Source of the DNA: an uncultured Candidatus Saccharibacteria bacterium
GTDB taxonomy: Bacteria; Patescibacteriota; Minisyncoccia; Phycocordibacterales; UBA9973
Assembly (NCBI GenBank): GCA_964496425.1
Contig: CAZBZO010000006.1
Coordinates: forward strand, 1,190 to 64,377
Direction of reading: 5' to 3'
Length of the DNA stretch: 63,188 bases
Shown here: positions 37,344-46,170 of the stretch, piece after piece
Layout of the letters: the number at the start of each line of letters is the position of its first letter
How positions within the stretch are numbered: the stretch's first letter is position 1
Notes under the pieces: model-generated
The model's input: the letters and a program-made list of their open reading frames with translations, nothing else
Database searches by the model: none
What the model was told of the DNA's origin: nothing
Made by a program: the position numbers and the translations under genes

Positions 37344-38351
37344 ATGAAAACATACACATTCAATGTCTCAGGAACTCATTGTGCATCGTGCAAAATCTTA
37401 ATTGAAGATATTTTGAACGAGCAGGATTTTATTAAAAAATCAAAAGTGGATTTGAAGAAGGAAACCGTAGATATTGAAACTGATAGCAATGTTGATGCGA
37501 GTGAGATGGCTGGTATCCTAACTAATAAAATACAATCTCACGGCTACGTTCTTTCAACGGAGAAAATAGCAGCCCAAAAAGAAAGCGATGGGGTTATATG
37601 GAAAGCTCTGCCTATTGGTTTAGCTTTTCTGATACTCTTTTTCCTTTTGCAAAAATCTGGCATCCTTAACATTGGGCTTGGGAGCAAAACAACTCCCACG
37701 ACCAGTTTTATTATTGGGCTTATTGCTTCCGTTTCTTCTTGTCTCGCCATTGTGGGTGGACTTGTTCTATCTCTTTCCGCAAAAGTTTCAGAGGATAATG
37801 TGAGCGACAAAAAGAACTTTATACTTTTTCACATTGGGCGACTTTTCGGCTTTGCAGTGTTAGGAGGTGTATTAGGAGCCTTAGGACAAGCTATTGGTAT
37901 CAATTTTACTTTTACTGCGATATTAGGAATTATTGCATCATTAGTAATGTTGCTCTTAGGCCTTAGTTTAACAGGAGTATTTACTAAAAATCACATAACC
38001 CTACCTTCTAACATCTTCAACTTCTTCAGGAAAATAGAACACAAAACTCTTACTCCAATTTTGATTGGATTTGGAACATTCTTTCTACCGTGTGGATTTA
38101 CTCAAGCAATGCAGGTTGCATCTCTTTCTAGCGGGTCATTCCTTTCAGGTATGCTTATTATGTTTGCTTTTGCTCTAGGCACTTTACCAATGCTGGCACT
38201 TCTATCATTTGGTTCGGCATCATTTGCTCACGGAAGGCACGCTCCTTTATTTTTCAAATCTGCGGGAGTAGTAGTTATTGGGCTTGGTATGTTTGCATTA
38301 CTCTCGGGTCTAGCAGGTTTAGGTATTATCAATCCTTTATTTAATATATAA
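37344..38351 (+). CDS. HMA domain plus DsbD_2/TauE-like membrane protein
   Basis: GTHCASC, SSCLAIVGG, FHIGRL, FLPCGF, FALGT. Confidence 0.85.
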   Translation: MKTYTFNVSGTHCASCKILIEDILNEQDFIKKSKVDLKKETVDIETDSNVDASEMAGILTNKIQSHGYVLSTEKIAAQKESDGVIWKALPIGLAFLILFFLLQKSGILNIGLGSKTTPTTSFIIGLIASVSSCLAIVGGLVLSLSAKVSEDNVSDKKNFILFHIGRLFGFAVLGGVLGALGQAIGINFTFTAILGIIASLVMLLLGLSLTGVFTKNHITLPSNIFNFFRKIEHKTLTPILIGFGTFFLPCGFTQAMQVASLSSGSFLSGMLIMFAFALGTLPMLALLSFGSASFAHGRHAPLFFKSAGVVVIGLGMFALLSGLAGLGIINPLFNI

Positions 38352-38358
38352 TTACTTA

Positions 38359-38745
38359 ATGAATAAAACAGTTTCAATCGTCCTAACTCTCGGCCTAGTG
38401 ATAGCTTTAGGAATAGTATTTCTAGGGGGTGGCTTCAAATCCCAAGAAACGACACGGCAAAATGTTGAACTTAAGGATGGTGTTCAATTCATAACTATCA
38501 ATGCTAAAGGTGGATATACTCCAACAAAAAGTATCGCTAAATCTGATATTCCTACAATACTTCGATTTGATACTAATGGAACTTTTGACTGTTCCTCTTC
38601 CGTCCGTATCCCTAGTATGAATATAAGTAAAATGCTTCCTCAAAGTGGTAGCACAGACATTGATTTGGGAAATCCCAAACTCGGCACGCTTCAAGGAACT
38701 TGCGGAATGGGTATGTATTCTTTTGAGATTGAGTTTCTGAGTTAA
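38359..38745 (+). CDS. cupredoxin-domain protein
   Basis: TM anchor, GGYTP, FDCSSSVRIP, GTCGMGMY. Confidence 0.8.
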   Translation: MNKTVSIVLTLGLVIALGIVFLGGGFKSQETTRQNVELKDGVQFITINAKGGYTPTKSIAKSDIPTILRFDTNGTFDCSSSVRIPSMNISKMLPQSGSTDIDLGNPKLGTLQGTCGMGMYSFEIEFLS

Positions 38746-38923
38746 TTTAATATTAAGCATTTATTTCTTCAATAAACCTAGACACCTTAATAGCGGATTG
38801 CAACATGGGGAAAGTATAGCAAGTATTAGTATACCCAATTTGCAAAGAGGATAATCATTTATTGCCACCTATAGCAATTTCTCCTCCCTTATAATTTTTG
38901 CAAGTTCTATTTACACTTCATGA

Positions 38924-39232
38924 ATGAGCATTCCAAATGATTTAAAAAACTGCCGGAAGGCATGCGGGTTAACTCAAGTTGAAGTAGCCAAGAAGTTAGG
39001 GTTCCATAGCTCAGATCGAATTTCTAAATGGGAATACGGACAGATGTATCCGCACATGGTTAATCTGCTAAAACTTTCGATCATTTATGACAGAAGACCG
39101 GAGGAGCTGTATCCGGAGCTTCTCTGGAACTTGCGTTTAGAAATGACTCCTAAACCAGTCTATTCTCCTGTTCCCTTCTCTCCTCCACCAGATGTTTCTC
39201 CAGATCCTCTGGTAATATCCCTTCAGGAATAA
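38924..39232 (+). CDS. Xre-family HTH protein (copy 2)
   Basis: LKNCRKACGLTQVEVAKKLG...ISKWEYGQMYP; homologous to 34209..34439. Confidence 0.85.
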   Translation: MSIPNDLKNCRKACGLTQVEVAKKLGFHSSDRISKWEYGQMYPHMVNLLKLSIIYDRRPEELYPELLWNLRLEMTPKPVYSPVPFSPPPDVSPDPLVISLQE

Positions 39233-39355
39233 TACATGCTCAGATAGGCAAAGACTTAGCAACAAATGATGGCTATGGTCTGCAATTACGATTTCTATTT
39301 ACTAATAACTAACTATAGAATAAAAAGAAGATATCTGTTATTGTTTAAAATATAA

Positions 39356-42049
39356 ATGGAGACATGGCCAAGCCCAAAATCTAAACATGAACTGAAGGAG
39401 CAGATAAAAGATACTAATAAAGTTCTTGCTGTACCGATTTCTTCTGCGTCAATAAATAAAGAGTTACGGAAACTAACAACCGAAGAAATTAAAGAAAAGT
39501 ATACTGAAAGGTATGAAGTATATTTGAGAATTCTTCGTGCACAAAAGAATAATCAAGAAATATCAGAAGAAGATATACTTAACACCCAGAAATGGATTGA
39601 GTCACTAAACAATCTTGATCGATATATTGATTCTCATCAAAATAGGCAAGAAAAAAGAATATTGCGAGAAAAACAGTTTACTGTTTTTGAAAATGTAAGA
39701 AAATCATTAGAACAGGGTAAAAAGGAAGGATATATTAAACTTCCAACTGGTGTTGGGAAAACAGTACTGTTTTCCCAGATTGTTGAGTCTCTAGGCACAA
39801 AAACACTTATTTGTGTTCCATCGAAAATTCTCGTTACCCAAACTGGAGAGAAACTTGAAGAATTTACTGATGTAGAATTTGGAAAATATTTCCAGCATGA
39901 AAAAGATTTCTCAAAAGATGTTACTATAATCACATATCAGTCACTTATCAACGGAATTGAGAAGGGTATTATTAATCCCAAAGACTATGGGGCAATCATC
40001 TTGGATGAAGTGCACAAAGCCTTAGGTGGAAAAACTTCTGAGGCAATAAATAAATTTAATTGTATTAAACTCGGTTTCACCGCGACTCCACAATACACTG
40101 ATAAAAATGTAAGCGAACTCCTTGAGCACGAGATTCATAGTATGAGTATTGCAGAAGGCGTAAATGGTGGTCTCATAAATCGCTTTAAATCTATCTTTGC
40201 CCATACAGAAGTTGATCTTTCAAAAGTTAAAATCAAACAGGGTGAATATGATCAAGATGAGCTTGAAAAGGCGGTCAACATACAAGCCAGAAATCTTTCA
40301 GCAGTTCAACTCTATAAAGAAATGTTCGTGGGACAAAGTGCTATAGCTTATTGTTCAGGAGTTACTCACGCTAAAGATATGGCTGATCTTTTTAATAAAT
40401 ATGGCGTATCTGCAGCTGCAATAACTGGAACAACATCTCAAGGAGATAGAGAGATAATTCTCAAAAAATATCATGCCGGAGAAATCAAAGTTTTATGTAA
40501 TGCAAAAGTACTTATAGAGGGTTTTGACGAGCCTCACGCAAGTGTAGCTCTTAATCTCCATCCGACGCTCTCAAAGGTTAACGCAGAACAACGCGCGGGC
40601 CGTGTTTTACGTCTCGATAATGACAATCCTGAAAAATGGGCTTATGTTGTTGATTTTATTGACAAAAATGCGAGAAAACCACAAGTCACATTTCCAGAAA
40701 TTGCTGGAGCTAGTGAACTTAGTTCTGATATAGAGCCAGGTGCGGAATCTCGTGATGGAAGTAGTAGAGAACATCTCTTAGGTAACAATAAAATCCCCGA
40801 AATCCAAGGATTAAGAATAATTCTTGATACACAAGAGGTAATGCGCATGAGTGAACAAGGCGTTCTTGCTAGAGAAGCAAGCGAAAGCAAGAGGTGGGTT
40901 TTTGAAAAGCTCAAAAGAGAGGTTCAGGGAAAAGGAGTCAAGAGTCCAAAAGAATATGAAGCCCTGCGCCAAAAATATAAATGGCTTTCGTCACGAAATC
41001 TTTTACTTAGACCTGAATTTAAAGGCTGGGATGATTTTTTAGATGGCAAAAAACTTTTTCAGAACTTAAAAAAAGAGGTGCAAGAAAAAGGAATTAAAAC
41101 TTCTGGCGAATATGCTCGTAATTCGCCCAAATATCATTGGCCCTCATTAGCTACTCTTATGAGTAAATCTGAATTTAAAGGCTGGGATGATTTTTTAGAT
41201 CGTGATCTTGAGGCGAAAGCACTGCAAAAGCAGAAATATTTTGATCAGTTAAAAAAAGAGGTAAAAGAAAAAAATATTAGCTCTTCTACTCAATATGCAG
41301 CAGTTGCAAAGATTTATAAATGGCCGGCTCTAACTACACTTGCGGCCTTTCCAATGTTTAAGGATTGGGATGATTTTCTGGGAAGAGAAAAATTTAATTT
41401 TGAAAAGTTTAAATTGGAAGTACAAGCAAAAGGCATTAAATCATCTACAGAATATATAGATGTTTCGCCCGAAAACAAGTGGCCAAATTTCTCTACCCTT
41501 ATTAAAAACCCGAAATTTATCAGCTGGGATGATTTTCTAGGAAGGGAAAAGAAATTATGGACAACTTATGAAGACTTAAAAAAAATGGTGCGGGAAATGG
41601 AAGTCCAGAATCCTTACCAATATAGCAGATTGCAACCAAAGTATCGCTGGCCTTCAAAGGAAGCTCTTATAAAGAAACCGGAATTTACAAACTGGGGAGA
41701 TTTCTTGGGAATTGAAAATATGAAAGAATGGACGGTAGATGAACTAAAAAAAGTCGTTAATGAGACAAATATAAAATCTACACACCAGTATCAAAAAATA
41801 AGTTCTATAAAAAAGTGGCCTGATTTTTCAACCGTTAAAAAGATGGCTGGATTCAGAGATTGGAATGATTTTTTTGATACTGAACCAAAAAAAGCCTGGA
41901 CTCTCAGTGAATTAAAAAAAGAATTAATAGGAAAGAATGTGACCACCAAAGGAAAATACAAATTGCTCTCACCCAAATTAGGATGGCTGGATCACAGAAA
42001 AGTTGAAAAGCTTCCCGGCTTTTCAAGTTGGGATGAATTCCTCTCTTAA
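39356..42049 (+). CDS. SF2 DExH (ResIII-like) helicase with seven C-terminal tandem repeats
   Basis: LPTGVGKT, ILDEVH, GFTATP, QRAGRVLR; 7 copies of F/L..LK.EV....I....Y......W......F..W..F(L/F). Confidence 0.88.
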   Translation: METWPSPKSKHELKEQIKDTNKVLAVPISSASINKELRKLTTEEIKEKYTERYEVYLRILRAQKNNQEISEEDILNTQKWIESLNNLDRYIDSHQNRQEKRILREKQFTVFENVRKSLEQGKKEGYIKLPTGVGKTVLFSQIVESLGTKTLICVPSKILVTQTGEKLEEFTDVEFGKYFQHEKDFSKDVTIITYQSLINGIEKGIINPKDYGAIILDEVHKALGGKTSEAINKFNCIKLGFTATPQYTDKNVSELLEHEIHSMSIAEGVNGGLINRFKSIFAHTEVDLSKVKIKQGEYDQDELEKAVNIQARNLSAVQLYKEMFVGQSAIAYCSGVTHAKDMADLFNKYGVSAAAITGTTSQGDREIILKKYHAGEIKVLCNAKVLIEGFDEPHASVALNLHPTLSKVNAEQRAGRVLRLDNDNPEKWAYVVDFIDKNARKPQVTFPEIAGASELSSDIEPGAESRDGSSREHLLGNNKIPEIQGLRIILDTQEVMRMSEQGVLAREASESKRWVFEKLKREVQGKGVKSPKEYEALRQKYKWLSSRNLLLRPEFKGWDDFLDGKKLFQNLKKEVQEKGIKTSGEYARNSPKYHWPSLATLMSKSEFKGWDDFLDRDLEAKALQKQKYFDQLKKEVKEKNISSSTQYAAVAKIYKWPALTTLAAFPMFKDWDDFLGREKFNFEKFKLEVQAKGIKSSTEYIDVSPENKWPNFSTLIKNPKFISWDDFLGREKKLWTTYEDLKKMVREMEVQNPYQYSRLQPKYRWPSKEALIKKPEFTNWGDFLGIENMKEWTVDELKKVVNETNIKSTHQYQKISSIKKWPDFSTVKKMAGFRDWNDFFDTEPKKAWTLSELKKELIGKNVTTKGKYKLLSPKLGWLDHRKVEKLPGFSSWDEFLS

Positions 42050-42276
42050 GACTATCTTTAAAAATCATTATTTCGAAGGCATATCTGCTTTCGAACCCTC
42101 TATATTAACAATTGTTCAAACGACTGACTATTGCAATGTATAATCGCTATGCTCTGTAATTACGATTATTGTCACAAATAACAGGTTCGAGTCCTACTGG
42201 GTCATAAAACCTTTTTTGTGAAAAATAGAGAACAAAAAAAGCCTTGATACTAAAGGCTTTGTTATTACTACCATAG

Positions 42277-42320
42277 GTGGACCGTACAGGACTCGAACCT
42301 GCCACCCCCTCATTGCAAAT
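42277..42320 (-). repeat. att-type duplication of the 3' half of tRNA-Ala(TGC)
   Basis: 44 bp identical to 46000-46043; identity ends at the anticodon loop. Confidence 0.92.
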
Positions 42321-42530
42321 AATTCGACCGAAGTTAAATCAATGAAAAGCGTTGGAAATAAAGGTTAAAATGTGAATTTGAAAAAGAATTTGTACCCGTC
42401 TATGTGCACCTGTTTAAGAATTAAACATGCAGGAAAATCTAATACTGCAGATCGCAATAATTAAATTAATAAACTGACCGACGTAGTTAATGATATTCCT
42501 TTCAAGAAAATTATCAATACTCTATAAAAT

Positions 42531-42561
42531 AAAAGAGCCTCCGTTTGGCGGAGGCTCTTTT
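42531..42561. terminator. intrinsic terminator
   Basis: aaaagagcctccg-tttgg-cggaggctctttt. Confidence 0.8.
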
Positions 42562-42573
42562 AGACTTTTTTGT

Positions 42574-43260
42574 TTAAAGGAAAGCTATCCTTGTTGAACT
42601 ACTGTGACCATCGTTATAACCAATATCTTCACTATTGATATATAGATGGTTATGAGAAGCATCTCGAACAACTGTTGCCAGGTATAGATCATTGTGATTG
42701 CGCCAGCGTTCAATTTCGTAATACACAGATATTATTGACCTTCTTTTATCAATCTGACCCGAAAGTATTGCCGATTTAATGATTGAAAATGCCTGATACG
42801 GTGTATATATCTTCTTTATTCCGCACTTCTCAGCTTCGGCAAGAGTCATGGGGTGAGTGTAATATAAACTGTTCGGCCCCTCTCTTTCTTCTTTTGTGTT
42901 GTAAATAGAATAGAGATTTGTGTTGAATGGAAGAAAGCTTTTCATCGTGCTTCCAGAAGGAAATATGGTTCTCCAAATATGCTTTGGCGTTAAACTGAAA
43001 TCAGGTATTTCCCAACCTCGTCCCAGTTCATACTCATTTACTTCTTCCCAGAAGGCTGCCATATTTTTCTTAGTAACTTTAAGTTTTGCATTCGGGGAAG
43101 GAACTTCAAAAGTACTGGTCTTTTTAAATATCGTTGAACCTATGTCCCCTTTCTTTCGAAAGTCGGCAAGAAATTTTAGCAACTGGTTTCTTTCTGTTTC
43201 GGGGTATTCTGTGTTAGCAACGAGCTTTAGTAAGTCATTCTTCAAGTTTATTTTTTGCAT
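42574..43260 (-). CDS. hypothetical protein (island cargo)
   Basis: ORF from MQKINL; TTGACA upstream at 43370-43375; terminator downstream. Confidence 0.65.
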   Translation of the reverse strand: MQKINLKNDLLKLVANTEYPETERNQLLKFLADFRKKGDIGSTIFKKTSTFEVPSPNAKLKVTKKNMAAFWEEVNEYELGRGWEIPDFSLTPKHIWRTIFPSGSTMKSFLPFNTNLYSIYNTKEEREGPNSLYYTHPMTLAEAEKCGIKKIYTPYQAFSIIKSAILSGQIDKRRSIISVYYEIERWRNHNDLYLATVVRDASHNHLYINSEDIGYNDGHSSSTRIAFL

Positions 43261-43400
43261 GTTCTTTGTTTTTTGGTTTCTATAAAAGAGTGGGGCTAGG
43301 TCCCTACTATAGAAACCAAAAAACATCTGAAAAACTGCTTTCTGTTTATAGTAATACAAATATTTACTTTGTCAAACGCCAATTTCAATTACGCTAGTCG

Positions 43401-43739
43401 CTATTCACAACCCCAACCATCACCATCACGATCTAATCCATATTCGTCATATCCCAAAACCCGGACTTGTCCGGTATAGTTTGGACCATTTCCGGATCCA
43501 CCTGCACAGTCGTAATCACTCGCGTTGGGTAATAGGCAGCCTGAATAATTTGAATTACATTTTGGCTCTGATACTTTCTTTAGTTGAATTGGGGCCTGTT
43601 TAAGTGTCTTGGACTGAGCACTGTCTGAATCAGATAATCCGAAGACAATAATTAATACCAAAATGCCAAGAGATATGATGTATCGCTTCTTTTTATACCA
43701 AATTCGTTCTTCCTGGAGACCCTGATCTTGTTGATTCAC
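43401..43739 (-). CDS. membrane-anchored protein with Excalibur-like Ca-binding domain
   Basis: TM helix followed by CNSNYSGC...DYDC...GLDRDGDGWGCE. Confidence 0.75.
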   Translation of the reverse strand: MNQQDQGLQEERIWYKKKRYIISLGILVLIIVFGLSDSDSAQSKTLKQAPIQLKKVSEPKCNSNYSGCLLPNASDYDCAGGSGNGPNYTGQVRVLGYDEYGLDRDGDGWGCE

Positions 43740-43819
43740 TACGTCACACTACCACAAAGTATGGGAAATAAAATCGTTGCACGACCCCTCAATATGTTAT
43801 GGATTTAATAGAGGCAATC

Positions 43820-45607
43820 TTAGTCCCCAGAAACTTCTTTATCTTCAGATAAAATACTCTCAATTATCTTCATAATTGAAGAAAAATTCTTGAAATCCTC
43901 CTTATCTCCATTGTCACACAACCAATCGCAAAGATTAGTTTTTTCTTGTTTGTTCACTTCATATTTTTCCTCTTCAATCTTTTCTTCTGCTCTAATAAGT
44001 TTTTTAACTTCCGGAGTGTAGTCAATAAAAGCTTTTTTATAATCCTGAGCCTTTTTTATGGTCTTCTCAGGGAATAGATTTTCTATACCATTTTTAATTA
44101 AATTTGTAGAAACAGTTGGAATTGCTCTTTTAAAAACTTTACCTTTTTCCGCAGAGCTTTTATTTGTATCACAATCATAAAGTAACAATATTTTTTGAGG
44201 TACTATTTCAGATAATTTTGTATTATAGTGAATCCATATTTTATCCAAACCTCCATAACCATTTGCATCAAAGATCTTCACTTTTTTTAAGATACTTTGT
44301 TTACTTAAGAGCTCTGCGGCCTTATTGATATATTTAATATCATGGTCGCCCTCAACAAACAAAATAGGAATTTCAACATCTTCCGTCTTTTTTTTAATTT
44401 CTGATTCGTACTTTTCTGTTTCCTTTAAAACCTCGTAGGCTTTTTCAAACTCAGAGAATCTCTCTGTGGTAATAATACGTCCATCTGGCATACTTCTAAC
44501 TTCGAAACCTTCCTCGCCAAAGACTTTCTTCATTCCTAGTAAAAAAAGTGGGGAATGAGTTGTAAAAATAAATTGAACTTTAGGAAATAAGTTTATAAGT
44601 TCGGGTAGTACAAGGTTTTGTAAATCTGTATGTAAATGAACATCTATCTCATCTATAGCTACAATACCTTTTATTTCATTGCAGGCTTTTGGAGGGTTAT
44701 CTCCGTGACGTATTATATTTATAAAAAGATTCAATAGAACTGATTCGCCCAGAGAAAGATTATCTATACTCGGAATTAATTGTCTTATCGCTTCTCCCCG
44801 CAAATCTTGTTCGACAATGCTTACTCTATACCCTCCTCTTGGCCCAATTCCAAATCTTACATCGTCTCTCCTTTTTACCTTTCTTAATATTTCATTGAGA
44901 TTTTTCCATATCTCTTGATCGAGAGTACCTTGAGAGTTTTTAGAAGAGTTTCTAGTAAAATCCAAAACCAAATCCAATAAGTAAGATTTATTGTCTTTTG
45001 TTGCTACTATTATCTCAATATCCTTTCCTAATTGATTTGAGAATCTTCTTTTCTCTTCAAATCTCTGGTAGTCAAAAAATTGTTTATTCTTCCAAAAAGG
45101 TTCCTCGTATCTATATGCTGGCTGGTAAAAATGTACTCCTGACAACCACTCAGCTTGTAAATTTTTCTTTTGTTCTTTCTTTATTGAAGTAGTTACTTTT
45201 TGGTTTCCGTCTTTATTGTTTGGTGATAAAACAAAATCTGGAATAAGTTTTACAACATCTTCCTTTTTAACATCACCCATTATGTCGAGGTACTCTATTT
45301 TATTTTTTTCTTCGTTAATAAAAACTAAAGCAGAAAAGCCTTTATTTTTCCCTGATTGTAAGTTTAAACCACCAGACATTTTATAATAATTCTTACTTAA
45401 GCCATCTGTTTTCCCAACATCATCAAAGAGACCACTTCCAATCTCATAGAAACTGTCTATAATTTGGGATTGTAAAATAGTTTTTCCGGACCCATTTTCT
45501 CCCACAAAAATTATTGGTTTCGGGTTTCCATTTTCATCAAAAGGCAATTCAACAGAGAGCTGGTCTATAGGCCCTATGTTCTCCATGGTTATATTCTTTA
45601 AATACAT
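43820..45607 (-). CDS. ABC-type ATPase fused to TOPRIM domain (OLD-like ATP-dependent nuclease)
   Basis: GENGSGKT, LSLGE, AIDEIDVHLH, TTHSP; TOPRIM ILFVEGDHD and LYDCD. Confidence 0.78.
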   Translation of the reverse strand: MYLKNITMENIGPIDQLSVELPFDENGNPKPIIFVGENGSGKTILQSQIIDSFYEIGSGLFDDVGKTDGLSKNYYKMSGGLNLQSGKNKGFSALVFINEEKNKIEYLDIMGDVKKEDVVKLIPDFVLSPNNKDGNQKVTTSIKKEQKKNLQAEWLSGVHFYQPAYRYEEPFWKNKQFFDYQRFEEKRRFSNQLGKDIEIIVATKDNKSYLLDLVLDFTRNSSKNSQGTLDQEIWKNLNEILRKVKRRDDVRFGIGPRGGYRVSIVEQDLRGEAIRQLIPSIDNLSLGESVLLNLFINIIRHGDNPPKACNEIKGIVAIDEIDVHLHTDLQNLVLPELINLFPKVQFIFTTHSPLFLLGMKKVFGEEGFEVRSMPDGRIITTERFSEFEKAYEVLKETEKYESEIKKKTEDVEIPILFVEGDHDIKYINKAAELLSKQSILKKVKIFDANGYGGLDKIWIHYNTKLSEIVPQKILLLYDCDTNKSSAEKGKVFKRAIPTVSTNLIKNGIENLFPEKTIKKAQDYKKAFIDYTPEVKKLIRAEEKIEEEKYEVNKQEKTNLCDWLCDNGDKEDFKNFSSIMKIIESILSEDKEVSGD

Positions 45608-45939
45608 GTCCGAATAATACTACTTTCATAACCTTTGCTCAATAAGCCTTTATTTCATTCAGTTGGTTTATTAACTAAATTGGTTAAAACTTCACCCTAC
45701 AATGTCAGTGGCTCTTTTGATTGTTTCTTAAAAAGAGCGATTTCAATTGTTTAAAGATTTTTACTACCTGTTTAAGGATTATGGTGGTGGCAAAAAGTGA
45801 CAAAAAAGCAGGAATAAAATACTAAATACTCAGAAAAGCGTTGCAGCATCTACACATTTTAAAACTTTTTATTTAGAAATTATTTATAATTTAAAAATTA
45901 CCTAGACCACCTCTTTTACTATAAGGTGCTTGACGTAGC

Positions 45940-45969
45940 AAAAAAGGTGACTCGAAAGTCACCTTTTTT
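45940..45969 (-). terminator. terminator downstream of tRNA-Ala(TGC)
   Basis: aaaaaaggtgact-cgaa-agtcacctttttt. Confidence 0.8.
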
Positions 45970-46000
45970 CTATTTGAGCCTTATTTTATAAGGATACCAG

Positions 46001-46073
46001 TGGACCGTACAGGACTCGAACCTGCCACCCCCTCATTGCAAATGAGGTGCTCTACCAGATGAGCTAACGGCCC
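46001..46073 (-). tRNA. tRNA-Ala(TGC)
   Basis: GGGCCGTTAGCTCATCTGGTAGAGC-A-CCTCA-TTTGCAA-TGAGG...GGTTCGAGTCC-TGTACGGTCC-A; G3:U70. Confidence 0.96.
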
Positions 46074-46080
46074 GTTATTC

Positions 46081-46157
46081 AATTACAAATTACTAATTAA
46101 AAATTACGAATTAGAATTCTTATCCAACTCATAATTCATAACTCGTCAGTCGTAATT
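46081..46157. repeat. heptamer-period repeat, family B (forward then inverted units)
   Basis: aattaca aattact aattaaa aattacg aattaga, then tcataat tcataac tcgtcag tcgtaat. Confidence 0.6.
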
Positions 46158-46170
46158 TCCCTATATTACC

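Larger units (their letters stand above)
42277..46043. mobile_element. tRNA-Ala-integrated island (about 3.8 kb), no integrase gene
   Basis: Flanked by 44-bp direct repeats, AT-rich, three cargo ORFs. Confidence 0.8.

Noticed and set aside
40880-42049. Periodic DNA similarity (for example gggatgattttttag) that could suggest a CRISPR array
   Set aside because: These are in-frame protein repeats of the helicase; there are no identical repeats with unique spacers and no cas genes
42184-42204. T-arm-like ggttcgagtcc...tgggtca fragment on the plus strand
   Set aside because: The T-stem is mismatched and no D or anticodon arm can be folded; at most a tRNA remnant
38774-45912. acctaga(c)cacct similarity between 38774 and 45900
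   Set aside because: About 12 bp with an indel and no positional logic; likely chance
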